Counted from the first letter of the stretch, positions 9,301 through 19,290 are shown. The stretch: 64,000 bases of DNA from Candidatus Tayloriibacteriota bacterium (GCA_028286725.1 JAQBQZ010000009.1:1408-65407); one strand, 5' to 3'. Numbers and translations are program-made. Notes: a model not told the origin generated them from the sequence alone.

Positions 9301-10430
9301 CCTGAAACAGTTGCGCTGTCTAATGGTGCTGTGATTGATACAACAGGTGCTGTCGTGTCAATAAAGTTATTTGAATCACCCACAGTCCCCGATGCTCCGG
9401 CTCCACCATTTGCACCATTTGTGCCCGATACTCCGTCTGTCCCGTCCGCACCACTTGCACCAGAATTTCCACAAACAACATTCTCTGGATCATTCGTATC
9501 GCAACAAGGAGTGCCTCCGGATCCTCCACCCCCGTGGGCACCACCAGCTCCACCGGTACCACCCGAAGCTCCACTACCAGCACTACCAGCCTCAAAATGA
9601 CTCATTCCAAAACTTGAACCATAATTTGTGCCTTGGGATAGATAAAAGTGCCCCCCATTACCAGCATTGCCTCCATTTCCTCCAGCACCACCATCTTGAC
9701 CATTACTACCGTTGCCACCAGAGTTTCCAGCACCCCCGTCACCGACAGTATTTCCTGACAGACAGCTATCTCCACCACTACCATTTTGACCATTAGTTCC
9801 TGCATCACCGTATCCACCTTGAGCACCATCTCCACCATTACCACCAGTAAGATAAATACCTACACCTAGAGCATCTGTGTGTATGAGTCTGATACTCCCC
9901 CCATTTCCTCCGTTACCTCCCGAACCTCCTGCCACACCAAGACCTGAAGAAGCTGCACCATTTGCACCGGAACCTCCACTTGCTTCAATATTATCATTCA
10001 CTGCTGAATTTTGTATTACAATATCACCACCGTCGGTACCATTTACACCGGGACTCGATGAAGTAAATCCATCAGATTCTATTGGACCATATACTAATGC
10101 ATTTTTTAGGGTAAAAGAATGTCCTCGCTCACCTTCGCTTTGTCCACCCGCATGAATACTTCCAGTAATTGAGTATCCTGCAGCATCTATAATAATTCCA
10201 TCTGCAGTTATAAGTAAACAAGTTCCTGCAGTACCAATATTTTGAGTAAGGACATATGTCGCGTTTGGAGTATTGAGAGTCAGACATGAACCAATACTAA
10301 TTGCATCTGCATCCGTAGTTTTTGGCAATATCAAAACCCCTCCAACAGAAAGGAGAGTAATCATAAAAATCATTACAGGAGAAGTGAAACTGTATATACG
10401 AGTGAGCGTTCGTGATTTATAGATCGACAT
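6399..10430 (-). CDS. giant secreted surface protein with C-terminal PG_binding_1-like anchor
   Basis: About 1343 aa; the ORF track extends to 10460, but the second Met is preferred by paralogy. It has a signal/TM N-terminus and a Gly/Asn-rich GGxGGNGG region with a DPENVVCG motif. Multiple Ig-like and fibronectin-III-like modules follow (ISWSTP...YYFVAVSTD). The C-terminus LQIFLNAQGY...FGPATKVALIKFQ...GYFGP matches the PG_binding_1 pattern. It is a paralog of the upstream 2160-aa gene. Confidence 0.8.
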   Translation of the reverse strand: MSIYKSRTLTRIYSFTSPVMIFMITLLSVGGVLILPKTTDADAISIGSCLTLNTPNATYVLTQNIGTAGTCLLITADGIIIDAAGYSITGSIHAGGQSEGERGHSFTLKNALVYGPIESDGFTSSSPGVNGTDGGDIVIQNSAVNDNIEASGGSGANGAASSGLGVAGGSGGNGGNGGSIRLIHTDALGVGIYLTGGNGGDGAQGGYGDAGTNGQNGSGGDSCLSGNTVGDGGAGNSGGNGSNGQDGGAGGNGGNAGNGGHFYLSQGTNYGSSFGMSHFEAGSAGSGASGGTGGAGGAHGGGGSGGTPCCDTNDPENVVCGNSGASGADGTDGVSGTNGANGGAGASGTVGDSNNFIDTTAPVVSITAPLDSATVSGSVDIAADASDDSATVAGLQFMISVDGGNSYSNLGSEITSSPYTISWSSGDYADGVYYLKAVARDDAGNLGENALSVTVSNTTTHPGCTDLYAINYDPSATDDDGSCLYLPTTPGTPTLTDESDTGILGDNITSSSTPTVTVSCVSDDSVTLYADGSLLVTQTCVDSIATFHPLLVSDGNYSLTAIQSNANGDSVESEALNLTIDAHTPDTPDTAPDLYVGSDTGLSDTDNITNFGSLTFEGPCTDGDIITLYNDGVVTGSPQTCAGSLFSIISDATADGVNLFKYKASTVAGKSSGFSPALSVTVDTTSPNTPSIPDLAPGSDTGVSNTDNITSNTNPTLTVSCDEAGDTVSMYDSGTGLDTSTCDGSSAVFNLSFAEGAHYLTAQQSDLAGNSSALSDSMTLTIQTTPLFVTNVTSNTPDGTYKTGDAINIQVQFNGNVILTGDSVLRFDGAQNVYASSGSITNILSYLYIVQPGYSSSDFDYDTTESLSGNIKDEAGNDVTLTLPAPGDEGSLSYNKDLVIDGVAPSTPSSAPNLDSSSDTGISSTDNITSDTTPTFTGTCTDIQVNLYVDETLNNYIGCNAGNFTITSTTLSDGVHTVTYKEVDSVGNESGASPALTVTIDTTSPQISSIASSTTTTTANISWSTPDESSNSKVSYGTVSGTYISEVNDASFNTSHSIDLSGLSSNTQYYFVAVSTDTAGSISTSTEQTFTTTASGTPDTTPPQISSATVSGNKLVVTLNEPILSNSPSLYNYLIGINTGGEYPQAVSPVVSGNTITFTLNESVISSDIITLNYANANDPHTKDLAGNDLQPVSGVTVTNTTPVPSSGGGTYNSNFTNILSSGGGSPVPNILILQTPTATSTPTVTPPSTPATNPLSSTFTFTKTAILGNTSPEIKNLQIFLNAQGYIVAKTGAGSPGKETTKFGPATKVALIKFQKDHHIKPASGYFGPVTKTFINAMLKGK

Positions 10431-10465
10431 ATGAACATTATAACTCAAAAATATTGACATGTAAC

Positions 10466-10502
10466 GAAAAAGTGCCGTAGCCTTTGGCTACGGCACTTTT
10501 TT
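10466..10502. terminator. bidirectional intrinsic terminator after the 2160-aa gene
   Basis: AGTGCCGTAGCCtttgGCTACGGCACT flanked by AAAAA and TTTTTT. Confidence 0.75.
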
Positions 10503-10518
10503 GTTTTTTCTTCTCGTA

Positions 10519-13500
10519 TTATTTTTGACTCGCTTTCAACATTGCATTTATGTATGACCTAGTGACGAGGCCGAAGTATCCAGCCGGAGGATTTATCCTG
10601 TGAGATTTTTGGAATTTTGCAAGCGCGGCTTTTGTCGCAGCACCAAATTTATTTGTTTCCTTTCCTTTTGATCCTGCTCCAGTTTTTGCGATAGTATATC
10701 CAGTTGCATTGAGGAATCTCTGAAGAGCCAGTACTTCTGTATTCGTATCCCCGAACTGTAATACTTTTGTGAAGGTAAAGCGAGATGCTTTGAGATTAAG
10801 AAGTGTTTTTGCAGGAGTTGTAGTAGTTGCCGCTGCTGTTGTTGCCACAGCTACACTTTGTGAATTATTCGCTTGCATAGTAAGGAAGTTAAATACTCCT
10901 CCACCTCCGCCGCCAGTTGAAATAATTGGTGTGTATGCAGTTCCGAAGATTGCAAAGTCTGAGAAGTTTGAAGTCTCGCAAGTAACCGTTCGCGCACCTG
11001 TATTTACAGAACAACTGGAAAGCGGATACCACGCAGATCCATCATATCTGTAGATTGAGAGTGTTGAAGGATTGATATTTATAATATCGCTTGGAGAATA
11101 TGAAAGCGTCACAGTGATTGGATGATCGAATGTTGAAATAACATCAGTATCGTTCACAAGCGCCTTGAGGTTGTAAACTGTTCCAACAAAATTCTGACCG
11201 CTCGGAGTTCCTGCACTTCCCACAAAACTTAATGTGTTTAATTTCTTTATTTGGAATGTTGCAGACGTTGTTGCGGATGTGAAATTATTTGGAACACTAA
11301 TATTCATGCTATCAACACTGAAGCTACCGCCTGATCCAACATTAATAGAATTAGAATCACTTGCGACCACAGCCGCGTTGCCCGTACATCCAGTCGTTGT
11401 GAAGGTACTGTCATTCGACTCCCCAGTGTGCGACAACTCATCAGTTGAAGCTACTTTATAATGGTAGATACTACAAGCGACTAATCCTGAAATATTTATA
11501 CTGTGACTTGTCACACGAGTTACTACATCTGTTTCTGCTGTTGTTCGAGAATAATTATAAGTTGGTCCGAAAGAAACTTGGGATGACGCATCGACGTTTG
11601 TTGTCCAACTGATTGTTGCAGCATTGCTTGCTGGAGTTGCCGATAGTCCACTTATTTGTGGTACAGAAACACCGTTACCATTTCCAATGAGTGTGACACA
11701 ACTTCCATCATCTACATTTGCAGACGGATCGTATTCTTCATAACCAGCGTCTGTACAGCCAAGTACATCATATGTACAAGAACTATCATCAACGTTTGCA
11801 GATGAATTGTAGTTTCTTGCAGAAGGGTCTGTGCAACCAGGAACCTTTGGTGTCACGCAACTTCCATCATCAGTATTAGCGGCCCCACTGTACTCCAGAT
11901 ACGCTTCATTCATACACCCAAGAATCACAAGAGTTGAACAACTTCCATCATCAACAGTCGCCGCTGAATTATATTCAGTGTAACCAGAATCTGTACAACC
12001 TAGAATATCTGGGGGGATATAATTGAACGTTTGCTGTGTCGTCTGTGGTGTTCCAGATTCAAAATCTGGCGAAGAAGATCTAAGATAGATAGTTACTGCA
12101 CCGTTTGAATCTGGCTGTGGTATATCACTACCATTAACCGCACAATTTGCAGAATGCCAAGTGTTATTATCGTAACTATACTCACAAGTATCTGGAGAGA
12201 AATTACCCCAATTTACTGTTGCCCCCGTCCAATTAACTATATTTTGATTGTGAGTCGGAGCAGTAATATCCATATAAACACAGAATCCATCATCTATATT
12301 TGCACTAGAGTTATAATTTATCGCCACAGGATCAGTACATCCATACACATCATAAGTACAAGAGCCGTCGTCTGTTGTTGCTGATGGGTTGTAATTATTG
12401 GCAAAACTATCAGTACAACCAGAAACTACGAACTCACAAGAAGCATCGTCAGTATTTGCAGATGAATCATAGTTGTTTGCAGAAGAATCAGTACAACCAA
12501 ATACTTTTAATGTCAAACAAGTTGCATTATCTATTGTTGCTGCAGCATTATATTCAACATATGAACTATCAGTACAACCAGAAATATCATAAGTACAAGA
12601 AGCATCATTCGTATTAGCCATATTATTGTAATTGTTTGCAGTTGAATCTGTGCAACCTAAAATATACCCAAGATAATCCACATTACCGGACACTGTCCCT
12701 CCTATAGGATTTGGTGTGGGATAGTAGACATTAACATTTCCATTAATATCACCATGATTTTGAGCAGAATTATTAAACTCTACAACCGATGCGGTCACTG
12801 ATCCTAAATTTTGACTGTCGTCATTGAATATTACAGAGTTTGTCGCAATAATACTTACTCTAATGACCGCCCCATTTGAGAATGTAGCTTGATTCACAGT
12901 TGGTGTTGCCCCGCTATTAGAATTTACGGCCGCAGATATGTAGACTGTGCTTGAATTGTTTGGCAAGACCGTCGCAGGAATAACAAAACTTGCATCTCCC
13001 CACCAGTTACCTAGATTATTCCAATCGTTATCCACCGCTCCATTAAAATACAACCCAACAACATCGTAAGTACAGGAACCATCATCTGTATTTGCGGAAG
13101 AGTTATAGTTATTTGCGGTACCGTCTATACAACCAAAAGCCACTGCGACACAAGAACCGTCATCTCTATTGGCAAGTGCATCGTAGTTGAATGCGGTCGA
13201 ATCTGTACATCCCATATTATACAGACAGCTTCCATCATCTATGGTTGCAGCAGGATCGTAGCTAGTAGAAACCGGATCAGTACATCCTAGAACATCGTTT
13301 GAACATGACCCATCGTCAACAGTTGCACTTGAATTATAATTTAAGTAAGCAGAATCAGTACACCCGAGCACATCATAAGTACATGATCCATCATCTACAG
13401 TAGCAGTAGAATCGTAATTACTTGCAGAGCTATCGGTACAGCCAGAAATATCATATGTAAAATTTACACTCGCGCTTGTTTTGTTAAAAGCACCTGCGAA

Positions 13501-16500
13501 TGATTGATCTGTTGATCTTATATAAAGAGTGATATTGCCGGTCGTGTCTGGCGCTCCAATATCGGATCCCCCCAAACTACAGTCTGTTGCAATCCAGCTT
13601 GAATTGTCATAACTGTAAGCGCATTCAGTAGGCCCATAAATACCCCAGTCTACAATTGCACCTGCCCAAGTTGCGGACGTAAGGGCATAATCAGTTACAG
13701 GTTGAGTTATATTTACAAAATAGCAAGATCCGTCATCTATATTTGCAGCTCCGTTGTAGTTTAATGCACGCCCATCTGTACATCCAGAAACATCATAAGT
13801 ACAAGAACCATCATCTGTATTTGCAGAAGAATCATAGTTGTTTGCAGAAGAATCCATACATCCCAAAACAACAGCCACACATGATCCATCATCTACATTC
13901 GCAGCAGAGTTGTAATTAAATGCTGAAGGATCTGTACAGCCAAGTACATCATAAGTACAAGAACCATCATCAGAGTTTGCAGAAGAGTTGTAATTATTAG
14001 CAGTAGTATCTGTACAGCCAGATGTTCCCTGACAACTATAATCGCAGCCTGAATCCACATTTGCACTTGGGTCATAATTACAAGCATTAGAATCTGTACA
14101 TCCGACTACATCATATGAACACGATGCATCATCTACAGTAGCGCTCGGATCATAGTTAGTAGCGGCACTATCAGTACATCCGTAAACAGGTGAGTAAGAG
14201 AAATTAACCTGCGCAAAGTAATTATTTGAGGCTCTTATATAGAGAGTATTAGATCCTATTTGAGGCTCAACAAAATCAGATCCATTAGAACCACAATTCG
14301 ATGTATACCAACTTGTATTATCATAACTATATTCACATACACCAGGTCCACCAGATACATATACACCCCAATTAACTGTTGCGCCGCCTCCCCAAGTGCT
14401 CATTATAGTATCACCCTCTAATGGATTATTGATTTGAACACGGTAACAACTTCCATCATCATTATTTGCAGAAGAGTTGTAGTTTATTGCATTACCATCT
14501 GTACACCCTGATACAGTATATGTACAAGAACCGTCGTCAGAGTTTGCCGAAGAATTGTAGTTGTTTGCCATATTGTCTGTACATCCTGTAACGGTGTAAG
14601 TACAAGAACCGTCGTCGGTATTTGCTGAAGAATTATAGTTATTGGCAGACGGATCAGTACAACCAGAGACATTATAGGTACATGATCCGTTGTCATGCGT
14701 AGCATTTGAATCATAATTGCTTGCAGATGAATCCATACAGCCTTCATTATATGTACAACCACCACTGTCTACGTTTGCTGATATATTATAATTGTTGGCT
14801 TGGTTGTCAGTACATCCAGAAATATTAAAATCACAACTTCCATCATCGTAGTTTGCTGATGAGTTGTAATTATTTGCACCTTGAGTAGTGCATCCATAAA
14901 AGAGGCATGAACCATCATCAGAGTTTGCAGATGGATTATAATTATTCGCACTCGAATTCGTACATCCAGGAACAGTATACGCACAACTTCCGTCGTTATA
15001 ATTTGCTCCCGAATTGTAATTGTTTGCAGTGGTGTCAGTACATCCATAGAAGAGACAAGACCCGTCATCTGTATTTGCAGATGAATTGTAGTTATTAGCA
15101 CTTCCATTCATACATCCATTAACAGTATATGTACAAGAACCATCATCAGTATTCGCTGATGCGTTGTAGTTATTAGCACTTCCATTTGTACAACCAAATG
15201 ATTTTGCTACGCAAGAACCGTCATCATTAGTTGCAGATGAATTATAATTATACGCGTTAGAATCTGTACAACCATTTACGTTATGGCAACTGTAATCACA
15301 ACTACCAGAAGATCCGTAATTACATGCTGTACCGTCAGTACATGTAGTATTATTTTGGCAACTGTAGTCACAGCCTGAATTTATATTTGCACTCGAATTA
15401 TAATTACATGCACCAGAATCCATACAACCGTAAGTATCATAAGTACAAGAACCATCACTTATGGTCGCGGATGAATTATAGTTGTTTGCAGAATTATCTG
15501 TACACCCATATGTATCATAAGTACAAGAACCGTCGTCTTGAGTTGCTCCCGAGTTGTAGTTGTTTGCAGAACCTGTTGTACAGCCATATATAGTATTAGA
15601 AACATTTACACTTATAGCATCAGAAACTGATGAATTCCCTGCAACATCTCTTGCCACCACATCTATATAATAGACTCCATTTGAGACAGTAGTAGAATCC
15701 CAATTCAAATCGTAAGGTTCAGAAGTTATCTCTGAGCCTAAATCACTAAAATTACTGCCATCTGTACTCACTCGAAATTGTACACCTGCAATAATTCCAT
15801 TATCGGTCACATCTGCACTCAGATATACCGAAGATCCGTTCACACCCGAACCATTTGTTGGAGACGAAATAGTGGCACTTGGAGCAGACATATCTGTCGG
15901 TTGATAAAATGTTCCATCTGTACCATAGGATCCTGATGATCCCGTACCACCTGTCGATCCTGGATTACCAGGAGTTCCCGATGATCCATTCTGACCAGTT
16001 GCACCTTGAGCACCATCAATTCCACAGACAACATTTTCAGGATCACTATAATCACATCCATGTACACCCCCTCGTCCACCTTGTCCGCCTGGACCACCAT
16101 TAGCACTTCCTCCAGCGCCTCCTTGTCCACCTGCTCCTGGAGCACCTGCGTAACCTCCAGTTAAATTTTGACCGCCGATAGTTGAACCTTCATCAAGATT
16201 AATATTTCCTGAGTTTCCTCCAGCTCCGCCATTGCCTCCATTACCACCTGCTCCTCCATCACCAGCAGGGCTTCCACTAGTACCGTCTTGCCCAGGACTT
16301 CCATCACCACCATTACAATTTGTATTTGGATCACAATCAGTTCCAGGAGCTCCATCGCTACCCGCCACCCCATCTGCACTTGTCGCATCAGAACCATTTG
16401 CCCCCATTCCACCATTTCCTCCCGCACCCCCATATGTAGAAACGGTACCTGTAACTTTTGAATGATTTGCCAAAGTAACATTACCTCCATTTCCTCCGTA

Positions 16501-17001
16501 ATCTCCGGAAGCACCGTCGCCACTTGTTGCATTAGGTGCTGATGAACCAGTACCACCAGTAGCCACGATATTTCCATTAACTGTAGTATTCGAAATAGAG
16601 ACACTGCCAGCAGATCCCGCTCGAGTCGCTATGCCATCTGCACCACTCGCAATAATATCTCCGTTCAACGTAAGATTCGTTATTTGAACAGCGAGACCAT
16701 CGTCTCCATCACCCCTTAACACCCCTGAAGCATTTATATTTCCAGTTATTGTATGCCCCCCGCCATTTATAGTTATTCCAGAAGCAGTAATAATAAGACA
16801 ATCACCTCCGCCTCCAAAATCGCCAGTTATTTCATATGTTTCATTTGGCGTAGCAAGAGACTGACAGCCTCCAACAGTCGTATCTGCAAAAGTAGATTTC
16901 GGAAAAAGAAATGCCCCACCTAGAGAGAGAAAAGTGACAAGAAATATAAGCAAGGGCGAAGTAAAACTATATATTTTTTTGATCGTCCGTGACTTATACA
17001 T
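10519..17001 (-). CDS. giant surface protein carrying at least 45 tandem 28-aa Cys-pair repeats and a C-terminal PG_binding_1-like anchor
   Basis: 2160 aa with a signal/TM N-terminus (MYKSRTIKKIYSFTSPLLIF) and a Gly-rich region with DPENVVCG. Long arrays of G-C-T-D-x-x-A-x-N-Y-N-x-x-A-x-x-D-D-G-S-C-x-Y units are interrupted by three roughly 90-aa CEYSYDN modules. An FN3-like module and a C-terminal LQRFLNATGY...FGAATKAALAKFQ...GYFGL PG-binding-like domain follow. Confidence 0.85.
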   Translation of the reverse strand: MYKSRTIKKIYSFTSPLLIFLVTFLSLGGAFLFPKSTFADTTVGGCQSLATPNETYEITGDFGGGGDCLIITASGITINGGGHTITGNINASGVLRGDGDDGLAVQITNLTLNGDIIASGADGIATRAGSAGSVSISNTTVNGNIVATGGTGSSAPNATSGDGASGDYGGNGGNVTLANHSKVTGTVSTYGGAGGNGGMGANGSDATSADGVAGSDGAPGTDCDPNTNCNGGDGSPGQDGTSGSPAGDGGAGGNGGNGGAGGNSGNINLDEGSTIGGQNLTGGYAGAPGAGGQGGAGGSANGGPGGQGGRGGVHGCDYSDPENVVCGIDGAQGATGQNGSSGTPGNPGSTGGTGSSGSYGTDGTFYQPTDMSAPSATISSPTNGSGVNGSSVYLSADVTDNGIIAGVQFRVSTDGSNFSDLGSEITSEPYDLNWDSTTVSNGVYYIDVVARDVAGNSSVSDAISVNVSNTIYGCTTGSANNYNSGATQDDGSCTYDTYGCTDNSANNYNSSATISDGSCTYDTYGCMDSGACNYNSSANINSGCDYSCQNNTTCTDGTACNYGSSGSCDYSCHNVNGCTDSNAYNYNSSATNDDGSCVAKSFGCTNGSANNYNASANTDDGSCTYTVNGCMNGSANNYNSSANTDDGSCLFYGCTDTTANNYNSGANYNDGSCAYTVPGCTNSSANNYNPSANSDDGSCLFYGCTTQGANNYNSSANYDDGSCDFNISGCTDNQANNYNISANVDSGGCTYNEGCMDSSASNYDSNATHDNGSCTYNVSGCTDPSANNYNSSANTDDGSCTYTVTGCTDNMANNYNSSANSDDGSCTYTVSGCTDGNAINYNSSANNDDGSCYRVQINNPLEGDTIMSTWGGGATVNWGVYVSGGPGVCEYSYDNTSWYTSNCGSNGSDFVEPQIGSNTLYIRASNNYFAQVNFSYSPVYGCTDSAATNYDPSATVDDASCSYDVVGCTDSNACNYDPSANVDSGCDYSCQGTSGCTDTTANNYNSSANSDDGSCTYDVLGCTDPSAFNYNSAANVDDGSCVAVVLGCMDSSANNYDSSANTDDGSCTYDVSGCTDGRALNYNGAANIDDGSCYFVNITQPVTDYALTSATWAGAIVDWGIYGPTECAYSYDNSSWIATDCSLGGSDIGAPDTTGNITLYIRSTDQSFAGAFNKTSASVNFTYDISGCTDSSASNYDSTATVDDGSCTYDVLGCTDSAYLNYNSSATVDDGSCSNDVLGCTDPVSTSYDPAATIDDGSCLYNMGCTDSTAFNYDALANRDDGSCVAVAFGCIDGTANNYNSSANTDDGSCTYDVVGLYFNGAVDNDWNNLGNWWGDASFVIPATVLPNNSSTVYISAAVNSNSGATPTVNQATFSNGAVIRVSIIATNSVIFNDDSQNLGSVTASVVEFNNSAQNHGDINGNVNVYYPTPNPIGGTVSGNVDYLGYILGCTDSTANNYNNMANTNDASCTYDISGCTDSSYVEYNAAATIDNATCLTLKVFGCTDSSANNYDSSANTDDASCEFVVSGCTDSFANNYNPSATTDDGSCTYDVYGCTDPVAINYNSSANIDDGFCVYMDITAPTHNQNIVNWTGATVNWGNFSPDTCEYSYDNNTWHSANCAVNGSDIPQPDSNGAVTIYLRSSSPDFESGTPQTTQQTFNYIPPDILGCTDSGYTEYNSAATVDDGSCSTLVILGCMNEAYLEYSGAANTDDGSCVTPKVPGCTDPSARNYNSSANVDDSSCTYDVLGCTDAGYEEYDPSANVDDGSCVTLIGNGNGVSVPQISGLSATPASNAATISWTTNVDASSQVSFGPTYNYSRTTAETDVVTRVTSHSINISGLVACSIYHYKVASTDELSHTGESNDSTFTTTGCTGNAAVVASDSNSINVGSGGSFSVDSMNISVPNNFTSATTSATFQIKKLNTLSFVGSAGTPSGQNFVGTVYNLKALVNDTDVISTFDHPITVTLSYSPSDIININPSTLSIYRYDGSAWYPLSSCSVNTGARTVTCETSNFSDFAIFGTAYTPIISTGGGGGGVFNFLTMQANNSQSVAVATTAAATTTTPAKTLLNLKASRFTFTKVLQFGDTNTEVLALQRFLNATGYTIAKTGAGSKGKETNKFGAATKAALAKFQKSHRINPPAGYFGLVTRSYINAMLKASQK

Positions 17002-17085
17002 ATAATTAGTACTATTGTACCTTAAAAAGACAGATTTCTTAAGTGGATAACCGAAATAAGAATGGAAATATGTCAGACCGATCTT

Positions 17086-17904
17086 CTAGAGTGTCTCGCG
17101 AGCTTTCCAAAAAGCTTTTTTACCGTATCGAAGGTCAATATAATCTATTTTGTCGATTCCTCCAGACTTATCTAAAAAATCTTTAGATTCGAGCAGAGTT
17201 TTTATATTTATATAAGTATCACTCAAACTCCTATCAATACCGACGATTAATTTTGTTCCTGAGCTCAAAGTAAGCGTCACCCCTTCTTCTGTTTTGACAT
17301 CAACCGATCTCACTTCAATGCCGAGCTCTTTTAATTTGGAATTGAAATCCAGGATATTTTTCATTTTTTCTTCTGTCAGAAAATATTTGCCGAGCACATC
17401 ACCATTCATCTGTCCGCTAAAAGTTGTAAAAATATTTCCTTCGTATTTTGGAGCACTCGCAAATATGTATCCAGTTTCTGTCATATAAAAACAATCACCG
17501 TTGTCATTGCACCAGAGGAACTTATTGTTTTTCTCTCTCACATCGATATGCAAAGTATCAGATTTGTCCAAATAAATACTTGCCCCCAATATTGATGGCA
17601 GTGTTTTTATTTGAACGAGCATTTTTTGTTTTGGATAGAGCCAGATATTTGATTGTGGAACAATATAAAAATAAGTATACGAAAGATATTCATCTGCAAT
17701 AGCTTTGATATCTTGTTCAGGAGTGAGTACAGCATTCTCAACAACAATATTTTCAATCTGATATTCTGGAAGTCTCAAAATATAAATAACACCAACAATA
17801 CAGAAGATAATCAAAACGAGATAAAGCCAGTATCTTTTTGGAATTTTGAATTCTTTTTTATCCTTATCTGGTTTTGTGTGCCATTTTTTCTTTTGGGAAA
17901 ACAT
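17086..17904 (-). CDS. ftsQ: cell division protein FtsQ/DivIB-like
   Basis: Basic N-terminus, a single TM, then a POTRA-like region. The C-terminal beta domain ends in KLIVGIDRS...IDYIDLRYGKKAFWK, typical of FtsQ. Confidence 0.55.
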   Translation of the reverse strand: MFSQKKKWHTKPDKDKKEFKIPKRYWLYLVLIIFCIVGVIYILRLPEYQIENIVVENAVLTPEQDIKAIADEYLSYTYFYIVPQSNIWLYPKQKMLVQIKTLPSILGASIYLDKSDTLHIDVREKNNKFLWCNDNGDCFYMTETGYIFASAPKYEGNIFTTFSGQMNGDVLGKYFLTEEKMKNILDFNSKLKELGIEVRSVDVKTEEGVTLTLSSGTKLIVGIDRSLSDTYINIKTLLESKDFLDKSGGIDKIDYIDLRYGKKAFWKARETL

Positions 17905-17936
17905 ATAGAGTAGTATAAAGGATTATTCACAAATAT

Positions 17937-17972
17937 AAAATGCACCGCCCCGAAGGGGCGGTGCATTTTATT
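17937..17972. terminator. bidirectional intrinsic terminator between ftsQ-like and serS
   Basis: AAAATGCACCGCCCCgaaGGGGCGGTGCATTTT. Confidence 0.75.
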
Positions 17973-17979
17973 TAAAAAT

Positions 17980-19281
17980 TTAAACCAGTGTTGGAAGTTT
18001 CTCAATATGAGTTTTTCCTAACATATATTTCTTCAAGACTTCTGGAATTCGCACTCGCCCATCTTCTTCTTGATAATTTTCTATTATTGCAACAAGTGTT
18101 CGTCCAGCAGAAGCGGTCGCATCATTCATATGCACAGGTTCAATCTTTTGATCAGTCCGTCTTACTCGTGTCCCAAGTCTTCGAGCCTGATATCCTGTCA
18201 TATTGTCAGCACTATGTGTCTCTCGATATTTGTCCTGTCCTGGCATCCATGTCTCAATATCTAAGTGTCGGTAATCAGGATCACCCATATCTCCCGTACA
18301 ACAAATGATAACTTGATAAGGAAGATTCAAAGACTTAGTGATGTGTTCCTGGATCGCAACAAGAAAATCTTGTTCTTGCATTGATGTTTCAGGAAGACAG
18401 AATGTTTCCATCTCCACTTTCTCAAACTGATGAAGCCTGATGATACCTTTCATATCCCTTCCATAAGATCCCGCCTCTCGTCTAAATGAAGATGAGTAAC
18501 CAACATATCGTATCGGCAATTCTTTTTCGTCAAACACTTCATCCATATGCATTGCACCGAGAGTATGTTCTGCACTTCCAATGAGATATAAATCATCAGA
18601 GTCGATATGATACCTTTCCTCACGAGGTTCAAGTCGTGCCATTTTATTCATGACATTAGGCTTGATCATAAGTGGAGGAATAACAGGAATGAATGGTTTC
18701 GGATTTATTGTGAGTCCAGCCTCTTTAGCGATCTGCTCCAAAGTTGCCTTATTGGTTAAAGTTTCCAAAATAAAATTAATGAGAGCGAAATGCATAAGCA
18801 CCAAGTCTCCCTTGAGATATGAAAATCTTGGACCAGAAACTTCTGTTGCAGTTTCTGTATCGATCACTCCCAAGTCCGCACCAATCTCATAATGCTCTCG
18901 AGGTTTGAATGAGAACGTTGGCTTCACTCCCCACTGTCTCACTACTTTATTTTCAGAATCATCTTTTCCAATTGGAGTATCCGCAGATGGAATGTTTGGA
19001 ACTTGGAGCATTGCTGTAAGAAACTGCTTATCAGCTTCTTTGTATTTTGTTTCCACTTCTTCAAGGAGCCCCTTAAGCTTTTGACCCTCTTCAATATTTC
19101 GATCCTTTTGAGCAACATTTCGCTTTGTATTGATCTCATCGATCTCACGCTTCAAAGTAGTTCGAGTATCGTACGCAGAAATAAGAGACTCAAGATCAAT
19201 CACCTTGTTCTTGTTTTTACAGGCGTTCTCTACAATGTCTTTATTTTCCTTTATGAATTTTATATCTAACATAATGCCCAT
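17980..19281 (-). CDS. serS: seryl-tRNA synthetase
   Basis: N-terminal coiled-coil (MLDIKFIKEN...), class II motifs and the FRREAGSYGRDMKGIIRLHQFEKVE region. The true start is probably the MLDIK Met at 19272. Confidence 0.9.
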   Translation of the reverse strand: MGIMLDIKFIKENKDIVENACKNKNKVIDLESLISAYDTRTTLKREIDEINTKRNVAQKDRNIEEGQKLKGLLEEVETKYKEADKQFLTAMLQVPNIPSADTPIGKDDSENKVVRQWGVKPTFSFKPREHYEIGADLGVIDTETATEVSGPRFSYLKGDLVLMHFALINFILETLTNKATLEQIAKEAGLTINPKPFIPVIPPLMIKPNVMNKMARLEPREERYHIDSDDLYLIGSAEHTLGAMHMDEVFDEKELPIRYVGYSSSFRREAGSYGRDMKGIIRLHQFEKVEMETFCLPETSMQEQDFLVAIQEHITKSLNLPYQVIICCTGDMGDPDYRHLDIETWMPGQDKYRETHSADNMTGYQARRLGTRVRRTDQKIEPVHMNDATASAGRTLVAIIENYQEEDGRVRIPEVLKKYMLGKTHIEKLPTLV

Positions 19282-19290
19282 AATAGCATT

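Noticed and set aside
6437-16604. Dozens of 60-150-aa ORFs on both strands inside the two giant genes (His/Gln/Leu-rich or Pro-rich translations)
   Set aside because: These are alternative-frame artefacts of long repetitive Gly/Asn/Thr-rich coding sequence. The giant ORFs have coherent domain architecture.
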